Shown here: positions 51,001 to 64,000 of the stretch, one piece after another
Layout: each line of letters opens with the position of its first letter
Numbering within the stretch: the first letter of the stretch is position 1
Source: Haliotis cracherodii
Lineage: Eukaryota
Length of the DNA: 64,000 bases
NCBI RefSeq assembly: GCF_022045235.1
Contig: NW_027266265.1
Coordinates: forward strand, 18,724,001 to 18,788,000
Direction: 5' to 3'
Notes under the pieces: model-generated
Database searches by the model: none
Seen by the model: only the letters and a program-made list of their open reading frames with translations
Told to the model about the DNA's origin: nothing
Program-made: the position numbers and the translations under genes

Positions 51001-51825
51001 CCATATTTCACAAGGACAATTTCGTTAATCGTCAGATCATCTCAAAACAGAAAGAAGATATCCCAGCTGTTTTACGTTAAATATTGTCATCAATTTCAAT
51101 TTCTTAGTAAGACATGATTCATGCTTTTCTTAGGGTCGCTGAATTTGTAAAACTCAATTTGTAAGATAACAGATAGGCCAGTTAATCAAACCCAGGACGT
51201 TGCTTTAGCTTCGAGTGGCATTGTGCCTCATAGAGCAATTTGTGACTCACGAATACCTTCGAATTCCGTCAGAAAATATGCTAAACGGAAGTAATGTAAT
51301 TTATATAGCGAGAGCTTGTCACCTCGCTGACATTTGCCACAGGGCCAGGGTCAGAGTAGAACTGACTTGAAACAAGAAACTGAAATATCGTCAGCCCTGA
51401 ATTGGAAATGAGATCGAACTGAGTTTTATAGAATTGAGTGCCTTCTATTCCCTTTTCCGTTTTTCTGGTATCTGAAAGCGAACCACACAATACGGGGACT
51501 GTGTTGTTAACATTGTATAAAAACAATGTTTCTGTCATGGTCACCATAAGCCACAAATACTCTCGGAGCGTTGGTAAGCTGTGATTAAAACCATTTTGTG
51601 GCGTCATCTAAGTCGCTGGGGTATTAAGCCTTTGCGAAAAGAGCATCTTGATGGAAATCTCAGTGTTACTTGAGTGCCACAATCCGAAGGATAGCCTCGT
51701 TACATTTGTCAAAAATGTGAAAAAATTGTTCTCGCTCATGCCGGTAGTTGCTGTGTTGTAAATGGGGGGCCCTGGTTTAAAGTAATTAAGTCGTCCACAT
51801 AATTACTTCCACAAAGAAGGTGTTA

Positions 51826-51989
51826 NNNNNNNNNNNNNNNNNNNNNNNNNNNNNNNNNNNNNNNNNNNNNNNNNNNNNNNNNNNNNNNNNNNNNNNNNNN
51901 NNNNNNNNNNNNNNNNNNNNNNNNNNNNNNNNNNNNNNNNNNNNNNNNNNNNNNNNNNNNNNNNNNNNNNNNNNNNNNNNNNNNNNNNN
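51826..51989. other. Assembly gap (164 N)
   Basis: Run of N. Confidence 1.
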
Positions 51990-52409
51990 CGCCGCGATTT
52001 GCTATGCCAGACATCTAAGATAAGATCGCCACGATTATGTTTCTAGTTTTGTCAGCAGGCATGCAGTGATATAACTGGAATACAGTTAAAAGCGACGTTA
52101 AACCTAACTCGCACACTCACTCCACAAATAGATGAAGGATTCGACAGCTGCCCTCAGTATAGTCAGAGAGAGGACTGTATGTCCAAAGTAAATATGTATG
52201 CAAATTTATAAATGTACGTAGTATATATATACAATTTTCTTATCTGTATGCAAGTACACTGTTTAAGCAATGTGACTATAGTCCATACGATTGGATTATG
52301 CTATGATGGCTCTACATACACCGTTGTTTATATGCTTACTGTGCAGGCAATTAGACTGTTTATTTGAGTGAATGTGGTATTGATCTGTTTATAAAATATA
52401 ATAGAATAG

Positions 52410-52459
52410 ATTAAAATTAAAATTTAAAATTAAAATTAAAATTAAAATTAAAATTAAAA
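52410..52459. repeat. (TTAAAA)n simple repeat
   Basis: Direct reading. Confidence 0.9.
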
Positions 52460-52668
52460 AGATAACATTCGTTGTGTACCCCTCTGACAAGTGTAAATTG
52501 GCACGGATCCCATGGCCGAAAGCCGATCTAGACTACCAGTTGTCGGTCTTTCATGACGGAGTGGGTTAGATCGCTGACTATGTGTGCTGGCGATTAGGGG
52601 CCTCACTTTGTCAGTGTGGGTTCGAATCCCAAACTCAACCCAAAAGTACCAGAACCCGTACTTTACTA

Positions 52669-52954
52669 AGTGAGTGAGTGAGTTGGGTTTAACTCCTCTT
52701 TTAACAGTATTCCAGTTATATCGCAGCGTGTCAAATTAATGTGGGAGGAAAGCCCGAAGTGATGCAGGGATATCTCAGACGTTTAACACTTCGTTGAAAC
52801 CCACGAGCACGGGTACGGTGCTGACAAACCTAGAAACATAATCCGGGCGAAATCGAATTCGAACCCACAATCATAGGTTTCTGGCGTGACCAAGGGACGC
52901 CACTATGCACAGCGAATCGCGGTGCCTCAGACGACTTGGCCACCCGTTACCCCG
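52669..52954 (-). mobile_element. tRNA-derived SINE family C, full length
   Basis: A box TGGCCAAGTCG, B box GGTTCGAATTC, body tcgggctttcctcccaca, (ctca)n tail; other copies at 6245-6455, 22970-23056, 53430-54130 and 55441-55570. Confidence 0.8.
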
Positions 52955-53535
52955 AAAGCAGTTTGATGGACATACTATTGTTACAATTTATTTCACATCC
53001 AAAATGCCCTAAAAGAAAATATACACTTTTTAATGATAAGTTCAGTGTAAAAATTTCACACTGGCGTAAAATAATTTTCCAAAGGTTATTTGTAATACTT
53101 AAACTGGGCTAATAAAAAGTGTGTTTATGAAAATAGACATGCACTCTTCCATACCCTTGTCTTGAAAAAAGAAACTTATTGCTCCCCCAACAAGTATTCT
53201 TGTTTAAAGGATATCATTTTCAGATCCAACATATTATAGATAAATAGTTAATTTGCACAAAAATCATTCTTAATAAGAATGGGACGGACAGGAATTTTGA
53301 CAATAACCCATATATCATTTTCATTGCTGTCTACATTGTAGGTATGTGTGTTATTTCAAAGAACCGAAAATGAATTATTTACATCTTCAAATTGTTGGTG
53401 GGGAAGTGTGTGTCTTTAATGCCTTTAAAGTGAGTGAGTCAAGTGTTTTCATGTTTCAATTTTTTATCAGTTCGTGTGGAAGGAAAGCCCGAAGTGACGC
53501 AAGTCTTAGACGTGTATCTCTTTTGGTAAAAGCCA

Positions 53536-54031
53536 ATCTCCCTGAGGCAAGGGAGTTAACTGACTTTAAAAGTCCAGTTTCCAACCTTGCCGAACAAGGC
53601 TGAAACTTCTGGGCTCGATTGTAGCGCCACCAGTGGCTATTACGAGTTATGTCCCCGCTACTGACCAATCGATCAGATTCTACCTATCATATCTCTTGCA
53701 CTTGCTTCAAACAAAATGGCGGCGCCTTGCTGATACGATTGCATCGATAATATAGCTCTTTATTGTACAAAAACGGGTTTTACCTCGCGAAGTGAATCAA
53801 ATTACTATAGCACCTTTTAAAAAACAAGAAAAGATCTTGCAATCGAACGAATTCGACACTTCGTTTGCCATGTTGTTTATGAACCGGCTGTCGATTTCGT
53901 TACGGGATTTTGATTGGACTTTGCATAGCTTCGTTCGTCCAGCCAAAATATAACTCACTAATTGCAGCCTCGTTCGGCAAGGGTGGAAACTGGACTTTTA
54001 GAGTCAGTTAACTCTCTTGCCTCTGGAAGAT
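53536..54031. mobile_element. MITE with ~65 bp TIRs nested in a family C SINE
   Basis: gaggcaagggagttaactgactttaaaagtccagtttccaaccttgccgaacaaggctg with inverted copy at 53964-54023; partial copy at ~5070-5330. Confidence 0.88.
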
Positions 54032-54390
54032 GGTGAAACCCATGAGAACGGGTATGGTGCTGACACACGTAACCAGAGTGAACGGCAATTCGAAACCACG
54101 ATACTAGGTTTCTGCAATACACAAGGGATATCGATACTATTGTATTGTCTAAAATATGCTGTCGCCAGTCACAGCTTCTCTATGTGCTAGGCGAACACAA
54201 CCCCCAATGGAGTTAAGCATTGTTTAATTGCCGATTCTAATGGTAATCCAGGATAAGTTGAATCAACTCATAAAACGCGTTTGAGACAAGCAGACGGTGC
54301 ACAGGAGTTGGGCAAACATATTCGGTTGGTTACAGGAAGAGAGGGTGCACGTATGTTGTTCACATGCTGATCACAATTGACTACGCACCC

Positions 54391-54650
54391 TTGGTTTGTT
54401 GTTTAACGCCGCACTCAGCAATATTCCAGCTATATGCCGGCGGTCTGTAAATAATCGAGTCTGGACCAGACAATCCAGTGGTTGACATCATGAACATCGA
54501 TCCACGCAATTGGGATACGATGACATGCATCGACCAAGTCAGCGAGTCTGACCACCCGATCCCCTTAGCCGCCTCTTACGACAAGATAGCCGCCTTTTTC
54601 GGCAAGCATGGGTTGTTGGAGACCTATTCTACCCGGGATCTTCACGGTCC
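54391..54650 (-). mobile_element. Retroposon family A, low-divergence copy
   Basis: Homologous over its full length with CpGs retained. Confidence 0.9.
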
Positions 54651-56574
54651 TGTGTAAGAAGTCGACACCGGAATTCTCAGCCGAGACACGCGTATATCCA
54701 TCGTACTACTTGTCGCGGACCACCCACAATCCCATTCTTCACAATGGTACGCGCCAGTGTGAGGACTTCATACAAAGTCTTACGGGGTTAATTGTCAGGA
54801 CACAACTCAAATCATCTAGGCTTACCAGTAAGATACAATTACTCCACTGTTCAATGCCATGTTATATGTGCTTTGTAATGTTGATCTGGCTGCCCTGTTG
54901 TTTTTGATCACAGTTATATGTAATCGTTTGAATTCTCTCGGACAGTAATTTGAAAGGAATATAATTGAATGTTTCGTATTACTCGCAACGATCTATAACT
55001 TCATTATATTTTCGTAAGCATAGCGTTTGACTGCTGCTCGTGGTCCTCGAGATTCCAGATTCAATTTGAAACCCCTCGTGTCCCCACGAGCACGTGCAGA
55101 TCGTGCTCACATGGCATTGCTGGCAAGATGTCACGCGACACTGGGGAAGCTGTCACAATTAAATGGTAGACATATCAGTATCATGGGATCAGATCTCTGA
55201 GTGCTTAATGAGGAACAGGATTACTACTGTCGATGCCATTACAAACGGCATCAGTTTACATGCAGTACGTTAAGGTACCGTAGAAGTGTGATTAACATCA
55301 TATAATACTGAAGATTAAATGACCATTTTCGCTTACTATTTCCTACCTGACCATGAGAAGTTGTATGTTATCATATTAACGTGATAGTAAGTTTCCATTT
55401 CAAGCATCAGTATCAGATATTATTTTGTTTCGAAGACACCGCTATTCCAGTTATATCACGTCGTGTCAGTTTGATGTGGGATGAAAGCCCGAAGTGAAGC
55501 AGGTCTTAGACGTTTACTACTTAAGTGACAATTAGGGTATGGTGCTGACAAACCTGGAAACATAATCGGAACTGAGAGTTGTCTCAATGAACTGGGTCGT
55601 CAGACTCGATGCAGAACGGAAGGTCGGCGAATGATCCCTGGCCGCGTCACACCAAAATACGTCAAAAGATGGGACTTGTTCTTAAAGGGGATAAACAAGG
55701 ACTGGTCAGCTCGGAGTCAGCATACTGTGTCTGATTATCCATGTTAAACTGAGGCACGGTATCTCATTTGGTTAACACCTTATAAAACATTAATCCGGAC
55801 TAGCACACACTCACACTAACACTCATCAGCACCCTCTACCTTATAAAAAAATACATCTTATCAAAACGTAAAACGTGTCCTCATTTGGGATTGAATTTGA
55901 AAATGTTAACTTGAGAACTGAAGATATGTATGCTACATTGATGTCAGGTTTCGTACAGCCATAAGCTGTTTTTATGTTTATTACTACCATTTATTTGATT
56001 AAAATTCGAAGCCTCCTTCAAGGAGTATGAGATGTAAACCGATCGAACCATTGCTGTAAAAGCAATTCAGATAAAACATGCACAGATGACACTGCCACGC
56101 AGTTTCTGTCTTTATAAGATACTATATTCAGTGATGCTCGAGCTGAGCGTGTCTACTTCTTGTAAGGTGATAGGCTATATAAAGAGAAACTTGAAGAAGA
56201 GAGATCACTAGGCGATCATTATTCACTATATCAATATGGCGATAAGACACTGTACCATTTCGAAGTCCTTCTTCCATTACTGATGTAACATGATGCTTTA
56301 AGATGAAAAGTTATTTATGGCTTTATAGCCAAATGCTAAAATATGAAACATATTGAAGGGAAGTAGTGTTGTAATGTGCATGTATGCAGACCATGTTATT
56401 TCAATGCGATAAGAGAAAAGTGGAATGGTACCGAATCGGTGTAAAATTTGATACCTCAGTGTAGTGACGAAACACGTCGTTCAAGAACGTTGCCTAATTC
56501 AGCTAAAAGGCAACCAAACAAATGATTACATGGGAAGTGTGCTTGATATCTAGAATCAGATACGGGTGAAGATT

Positions 56575-56790
56575 TTGTTTATACTTTAACGCCGCACTCA
56601 GCAATATTCCAGCTATATGCCGGCGGTCTGTAAATAATCCATCATGAAAAGACAATCCAGTGATTGACATCCTGAGAATAGATAGGCAATTAAGATACGA
56701 TGACATGCATCGAATAAGTCAGCGAGTCACCCGATCCCGTTAGTCGCCTCTTACGACAAGCACGAGAATGGGTGTCTGAAGACCACGAAG
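56575..56790 (-). mobile_element. Retroposon family A, diverged
   Basis: Shared tail and gtcgtaagaggcgactaacggg motif. Confidence 0.8.
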
Positions 56791-58119
56791 GTTGCTGCCA
56801 TATGACACGTACGGTGTTAACAATAAGAAAATTAACATATAAATAACCCCTAACACCTCAGATACATCAATGGACTTAGAGAAAAATGTCTGACAGGGCA
56901 ACATTATGATATTACAACAATCTGAGACGTGTGCATTAACCATTACTAACGTGTAGAAAACAACATTTTTACATTCTAGTTTTGATCGTGCTTAATCGTG
57001 ATTTAAAAAGTATTGGTATTTCTACAGCGGCGGATGCATTGTTACAGCCCTTAATGTAAAAATGGCTCTTAATAATATATATATATATTTACTTTAAGGG
57101 TTGAAGTGATAGATAATATTTATTTTACATTAAGGGTTATCACTAAGAAATAATACTTATCGAAAACTTAATGAAACTTCGCAGATTTATTTGATCGTTA
57201 CTTTTCTAGATGTACAAATGACTGATCACTTTTGGATTCCCTCTCTACAACGACCTGCTGGTTGTTAGATGCAGGATTCATAAAATGGTTTATGGCCCCT
57301 AACCCTTTCAACCGATTTTTATCAAACCTACTGTTTTACAAAGGTTATTTTTCGATACTCTGCAAGGTAACTTCGTGACGATCCTAATACCGTAACGACA
57401 GAAAGGAGGACTCAAACCAAGCAGATCAGACTAAGTTGTAGATGGTGGTGGGTTGTTAGAATGGTCCATTAACAGAGTTTTGGGCATGAAATAGTGGACA
57501 TTTTGTTGCAGTATTACAGATATGACAGTTAAGCATACACCAGAATCATTTGCTATTACAAACGACAGGAATGTCAATGCAATGATGTTTGTTTAAAAAA
57601 ACGGTAGGTTTCCCAAGTACAGTGCCGAGTCAAATATAGCCACTTAAAGTTTATAGTTTTCGGATATAAAGTCTATACCTTTCCTATAGCAGGTTAGCAT
57701 ATCCTGAAGTAAGACCATTGTTGATTGAAAACAGCGAAAAAGAACATTAGGCATACGGCCTGTAGAGTATTTTATGTCAGTTAGGAACCGATCAGTCGAT
57801 ATTCTTTGGGAGCTGACATAAGCTCACCACGGAACTTCGTACAAGGTGAGCTGTAAATGCTATCTTTCGAAATATGTTATGAATAAATCGTATTGGATTG
57901 TGAAAAGATTTCGCATGACGGATGACGCACGCCGCACAAAGACTGATTAACATAATTGCATATAATCAAAGTTGGAGAATATGTGTTCTTACAGCATTGG
58001 CGTAAAACAAGTACTTTTCTGTATTCATATTGATAATAGGGTCTTGCGATGGCAGTAGTGTATTTAACTTCAGAATATTTGGAAAAAGAACATTCTTTGC
58101 CTTAGATGGCTATTACATA

Positions 58120-58400
58120 GAAGCATTAACAAAAAGTGACATTCATTTTCGATATGGTTTAGGTTACAAACTTTACATTTTCTAAATTCACGAGGAATAT
58201 TGAAATGTCGTCCACATTAGATTAAATTGTGAGAAATGAGCCGAAAACGAGTCAATGTGATCCCGAATTTATTTTCAGGTATACTACTCAAATAGTTCTC
58301 ACATGAAATGGATGTTTTAAACTGTGCATAGTAAGCCATTTCGAGGCTTTCGCATAGATCACTATGCCAAACATGAAAAAAAGTGTTAACCGCTGACGTA
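58120..58400 (-). mobile_element. CR1/L2-type LINE ORF2 C-terminal fragment
   Basis: ENYLS..ITLTRFRLISHNL..GRHFNIPREFRKCKVCNLNHIENE zinc-knuckle-like tail. Confidence 0.75.
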
Positions 58401-58439
58401 ACATATGGAGTGTCTGCGACGTGTTCTGACATTGACGTC

Positions 58440-58860
58440 GATCGAGTTCATCCCAGAGCTGTTCGACCTGGGTTCATGTAGCGATTTGCTGTCAAATTTC
58501 CCTGAACCACAAACAAGTCAGATCTCCTGCTGTAGGATATGCCCGCCACCGAAATTGTCGAATTCACGTACACAATGTAGGGCAAAACGCACATTTCGAC
58601 GACGATAAACAGCTTGTCTTCCATCTCGTCGGTAGCTGGCATGTCCTAAATAACGTGCCTGCCATTCTTATAATTGCCCATCTTGTTCTCAGATCTGAGC
58701 AAAGTCAATTTCTCACGCTATATTATATTTCTTATAATTGCAAAATACGAGCAAAAACATTAGAAAAAACCGTGAAAATAGCAAAACGTGTCCTATATTT
58801 CCAATCAAACTTTGTTAATAAGTATATTTTACATAAAGGGGCGATATGTACTATATTAAC
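58440..58860 (-). mobile_element. Tc1-like transposase fragment (DDE region)
   Basis: RRNVRFALHCVREFDNFGG and AGISYSRRSDLFVVQGNLTANRY. Confidence 0.7.
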
Positions 58861-59471
58861 CCCTAATGTGAAAAAAATAAATATTTTTTACATTAAGGGT
58901 TGCGGGTTTTTACTCTTTATGTATTTTTTTACATTAAGAGTTAACACATAATCCTTAATGTAATTGTTTTTACATTAAGAGTAATTTTTACATTAAGGAT
59001 TGTAACAATGCATCCCTGCGCAGACAGATGAAGGAAACACCCCACATCCGACAGTTTCAGATAGTAAATATGAAGTTAGATTGCGGATCCGGAATTTCGG
59101 GTATGTATCTTTCCGTGGGGATATGAGACGGAATAAGTCCCTGATATGCCGTGGTGTTAGCGTTGGAGCCAACTACGGATGATCGGATGGTAAGAACGTT
59201 ATTATTCCTGTCAGCCACTCTTTTGAACAGGCGTTATTATTGACATGCTGCCATCATACAGCTGGAATAATGCCCACTGCATGTAGCGTAAAACAGGATT
59301 CAGTCAGACTTGACAGTGTACAGGTCTTCACGTCTTCCAACCGACAAACTTAACATTTCATTGGATTGAGTATTCACGTCCCAACTGTCTAAGTGTCATA
59401 GATTATCCTGAATATATGATCTATATTCCCATCGTCCAACTCGGTCACGAGGAGGGAGCACTGACTGTGTG

Positions 59472-60790
59472 GATGTAACACCAACTCTGTCACAAGGACC
59501 TAACACAAGGCATGTCGATGTAACAACAACTCCACACATGGACCTAACACAAGGCATGTTGATGTAACAACAACTCCACACATGGACCTAACACAAGGCA
59601 TGTCGATGTAACAACAACTCCACACATGGACCTAACACAAGGCATGTCGATGTAACAACAACTCTGTCACATGGACCTAACACAAGGCATGTCGATGTAA
59701 CAACAACTCCACACATGGACCTAACACAAGGCATGTCGATGTAACAACAACTCCACACATGGACCTAACACAAGGCATGTTGATGTAACAACAACTCCAC
59801 ACATGGACCTAACACAAGGCATGTTGATGTAACAACAACTCCACACATGGACCTAACACAAGGCATGTCGATGTAACAACAACTCCAAACATTGAACTAA
59901 CACAAGGCATGTCGATGTAACAACAACTCCACACATGGACCTAGCACAAGGCATGTCGATGTAACACCAACTCTGTCACAAGGACCTAACACAAGGCATG
60001 TTGATGTAACATCAACTCTGTCACAAGGACCTAACACAAGGCATGTTGATGTAACATCAACTCTGTCACAAGGACCTAACACAAGGCATGCCAATGTAAC
60101 AACAACTCCACACATGGACCTAACACAAGGCATGTCGATGTAACACCAACTCTGTCACATGGACCTAACACAAGGCATGTCGATGTAACACCATCTCTGT
60201 CACATGGACCTAACACAAGGCATGTCGATGTAATACCAACTCTGTCACATGGACCTAACACAAGGCATGTTGATGTAACATCAACTCTGTCACAAGGACC
60301 TAACACAAGGCATGTTGATGTAACAACAACTCCACACATGGACCTAACACAAGGCATGTTGATGTAACACTATCTCTGTCACATGGACCTAACACAAGGC
60401 ATGTTGATGTAACACTATCTCTGTCACATGGACCTAACACAAGGCATGTTGATGTAACACTATCTCTGTCACATGGACCTAACACAAGGCATGTTGATGT
60501 AACACTATCTCTGTCACAAGGACCTAACACAAGGCATGTCGATGTAACACCAACTCTGTCACATGGACCTGACACAAGGCATGTTGATGTAACACCAACT
60601 CTGTCACATGGACCTAACACAAGGCATCTTGATGTAACACCAACTCTGTCACATGGTCCTACCACAAGGCATGTCGATGTAACAACTCCACACATGGACC
60701 TAACACAAGGCATGTTGATGTAACACCATCTCTGTCACATGGAACTAACACAAGGCATGTTGATGTAACACCAACTCTGTCACATGGACC
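59472..60790. repeat. 44/45-bp minisatellite, ~30 copies, two unit variants
   Basis: ggacctaacacaaggcatgt(c/t)gatgtaaca followed by acaactccacacat or ccaactctgtcaca(t/a). Confidence 0.97.
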
Positions 60791-61028
60791 TTACCCATAA
60801 AAAAGTAAATGCCACCTTTCTCCCAGAGATTTGGTGTCTGCATGTTGCCAATTCCAAGCCAAAGACAGATAACTTTTCCGCAGATACACATAATTACTTT
60901 AAGTGAAAGTTCAGTAAAACCCAGTTACGATTACATTTGGGAACTGGACACGTGCCCTCAAAGGAAAGGATGTTTTTATTGTTATTCATTCAGTGAAATG
61001 TTTGTGACTTCTAGCCGAATACTTTCTG

Positions 61029-61519
61029 TGTTCAGTAGTTGAAACGAACGGCATGCCCACGAAGAGAGTATGTTTATTTGTTAGTGTTTGGACCATGGGA
61101 CCTTAAAGTAATCACAGCCGGTAGGAACCGGTTTTTGAATATATAAATACGCTAGAAGGGTCAATCGCCTATGGTTGTGTTACATGCATTAAGAAGATGG
61201 ACACTTCCTGTGGAAGTCTAATTTGGCGTGTCGATCATGACTATGCACGCGTGCAGCACGTGAGTCTCTGCTGACCCAGTAGATACCAAGGATGTTTGAT
61301 TTGCTCATAGACTGGACTGCGGCTTGCTGTCGGATGACCAGCTCGTGATTCTGCATCTTACCGCTAGGTTATGCTCATGGTAACTGACATGTACAATTCT
61401 TCACGCTGTAGGTAAATAAACACATGTTACGCTACCCCGCTGACTCTGACAGTGATTGAAACGTATGGCAAGTGGCTGCAAATGAAAATACTGGTGTGTG
61501 TGTACCGGCCTCCGGAACA
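61029..61519 (+). mobile_element. Candidate solo LTR
   Basis: TGTTC...GAACA termini, flanks tttctg/tctctg, TATA-like at ~61141 and AATAAA at ~61415. Confidence 0.35.
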
Positions 61520-62792
61520 TCTCTGCTAATATTGATAAGCCTAAGACAGACAGACGTCTTGTGGAGGCGGGTATTTAGAATTAATGCGGGGTATGTATAG
61601 GGCAAACAGTGAATTTAATGGTTTGGTATATCAGGATACCAAAGGATATCATCCAAATTTCACTTTTAGAATATACACGTACCCTTAAAGACCTTTCGTC
61701 AATCAGTTCACACATCCTGTTACATGATGCAAACATAACACAATAGGAAATTAGTGTTAGAACTCTGCAAGTAAGTAAAAACCTGGAGTCCAAAAAAGGG
61801 TAATACTGCAAAAAACTACAACCCAAGAAGACCTAATTATATTTTTTGTGCGTAAGCCAGAACCCTGAACATGTTAGAACAAATCTGAAGATAACCTGCT
61901 GTTCAACTGGTATCTGTTTACGACCAAATGAATTTATCAACGGCGAGGATGGTGATAAATCTTTCTCCGTATGATTTGTCTCAAAGACTGAACGAATATG
62001 TTTTCTTGTTAATATTAAATACCTATAAGAACGTATCATCCTAAACTTGTATACTTGTATAGATTACTCGTCGTTGATTGCAACTGGTAGTTTTTGTTTT
62101 GCCCCCCACCCCCCCCCCCCCCCAAAGGTATACCCCACATAGTGGACAGATTATCGATGCGATAAATCAATCCGATACATTTGTTATCTCGAATCGATAA
62201 ATATGCAAATGAGGTCATCTAGCAGAAACTACTTTCAATAAGCTCCATATATCGATTACTTGCCTATTTGCTGGGAAAAATATTGCCCAACGTCCCAGAA
62301 ACTGATTAGATAGAGCTTTCCCGATGTGTCCGGTGGAAATGTGTAATTTCTACCATATTATGGGAAATAATTTCACTATCAATCATTCGTGATATCAGGT
62401 GTTCGCGACAAGGCGGTCGTGCAAAATTGTACCCTATTTTGTCCAGGAATTTAAATTAATAATAATACCGTTTGTATATACTTTTCCTCAAATTAATTAT
62501 TTCTTTATGTTGAAGTGAGCAATTAAAATTCTTTGTCCTCTTATATTTGGATTTCATTGACATACTGGTGAACAATTTTTAGTATATTTTACTGAAAATA
62601 ATAAGTTTGAAACGTCCTTTGCACTAATTATTGCTATGTGCTGGAGAATTGAGTACTAAATTACTACCTATTGACTTTTAAATGTTGACATTTGCAATGC
62701 ACTTTTTTCTCTCAATAATGTACTTGGTAAAAATATGCTTTATTAAGAAGCGGAGTTGATATATTTAAATGTAATTTAATTTAAAACCAGAT

Positions 62793-62960
62793 ACAGTAAA
62801 ATACGTTTTTAACGAACACGCTTATAACGAACTGAGGGATATTACGCACTTAATTTTTTTTCGGCCATTTGCTGTAAAGATGTATATATGCTTATAACGA
62901 ACTACGGTTATAACGAACTAAAATTAGTGGTTCATTTGAGTTCTTTATAACCGTAGTTTA
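62793..62960. mobile_element. pogo-like MITE remnant
   Basis: tacagtaaaa start with repeated ttataacgaact motifs. Confidence 0.5.
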
Positions 62961-63139
62961 TTAATTATTTTTCTGCAAGAGTATTCTGCAAGAAGGACGT
63001 TGTCTTTTAGCAAAAATGTAGGCCTCCTCGTGAGCACCAATCTCAATTCCTGACTGGTCTGTTTTCTGTATGCATATAAATCGGAGTTTCTGGTCGTATT
63101 GGCAAAATCAAAACACGGAAATTTGACCAAGAAGCCTAA

Positions 63140-63340
63140 CGTAATGTTCAGGTATATGATTTGATGATCTGATGATCTGAAATCGTTAAATAATTGTTTA
63201 AAGCGAATTCCTTGCCTCTAATTTACCCACCTGAACTAGACATTTAAGAGACCAGTGAAACCGCCTCGACTGTTCCACTTTTTGATCTATGCTTAAAGAT
63301 TCACAGTGCCAAAACAACCTTCCACAAGGTTGCATGACAA
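63140..63340 (+). mobile_element. Penelope-like RT fragment
   Basis: Frameshifted FRY..DDL and IYPPELDI*ETSETASTVPLFDLCLKI. Confidence 0.6.
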
Positions 63341-64000
63341 TAAGAATGAGGCACCAGGGTTACGTCATTCAAGGCCTTAGTCAGGCCTTCAATTCATGTG
63401 TAGATACTTACTGAGGACATTTCCAAATTTGACTCATCAGCAGTGCCCATTGCAATTCCCTATTTTGCATGTACCATATGTTCCCGTGTTTGATCAAGTG
63501 AACACTTGAATTTACTGTGCATGTGTTTGTGATGGATGCCATAAGCGAAGCACCTGGCATCATCACTATTTGATAGTGTTTCATAAACACATACTTATGA
63601 TATAGTCCAAATATTCACTAGATCTAAGTAGATATTCGTTCGATTACGGAAATTGTCTTGTCGCCCAGAAAAATAAATGAAGTAACCACAGTATTTCCCT
63701 TTTGCCACAAGCATCATTTCATGATAGTGTGGAAAGACAGTGTACAAACATGATAATTTCTTAATGATTTATAAGTTTAAAAAACAAATAAAAATCAGGT
63801 TTTTCCAAATGCGTTTCAACCCAAACTTTCACTCAGCTAAACACTGAATGAGTCATGCCACATGTTGAGCAGGGGTGGTTTAAGGCTGGCGTCAAGGTTA
63901 CTGTCAACTACATGTAGTAAAACATCACATCTGATTGTGTCACGATGAGTAATGAGAAGAGCTGTTTTCGAATTGTTGCTGTTTCAGCCTTTCGCTGGGG

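Larger units (their letters stand above)
57032..59015. mobile_element. TIR-bounded composite element
   Basis: ggatgcattgttacagcccttaatgtaaaaat versus atttttacattaaggattgtaacaatgcatcc; encloses LINE and Tc1 fragments. Confidence 0.55.

Noticed and set aside
51820-52023. ORFs spanning X residues
   Set aside because: Artefact of the N gap
52545-52640. tRNA gene (GGTTCGAATCCC B box)
   Set aside because: No closing acceptor stem or cloverleaf; more likely a SINE head
59396-60713. Cys-rich repeat ORFs
   Set aside because: By-products of 45-bp satellite periodicity; 44-bp units break the frames; no splice or start context

Overview
Eukaryotic, AT-rich, repeat-dense animal genomic DNA, most likely a gastropod mollusc (abalone-like). 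The taxon is inferred from the SINE families and is not proven. One complete protein-coding gene could be reconstructed: a 9-exon DENND11 (LCHN/KIAA1147) orthologue on the minus strand (ATG 40590, stop 21255; 1326 nt, 441 aa; all introns GT-AG, phases consistent). It lies head-to-head with an intact tRNA-Asn(GTT) gene only 104 bp from its start codon, and probably has a ~6.3 kb 3' UTR. The rest is mobile DNA and tandem repeats: at least four short retroposon families (three with a clearly shared 3' tail), a deleted mariner, Tc1, LINE and Penelope fossils, several MITEs, a Helentron-like element, several minisatellites and one assembly gap. There is no CRISPR array or prokaryotic system. Most ORFs in the supplied track are spurious. 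The strongest novelty candidates are (i) a TSD-flanked retroposon with no tRNA head whose full-length copies start at a predicted pseudoknotted RNA module (candidate ribozyme or structured leader), (ii) a 1.17 kb minisatellite built from canonical CRE and AP-1 sites, and (iii) the tRNA/DENND11 micro-promoter.
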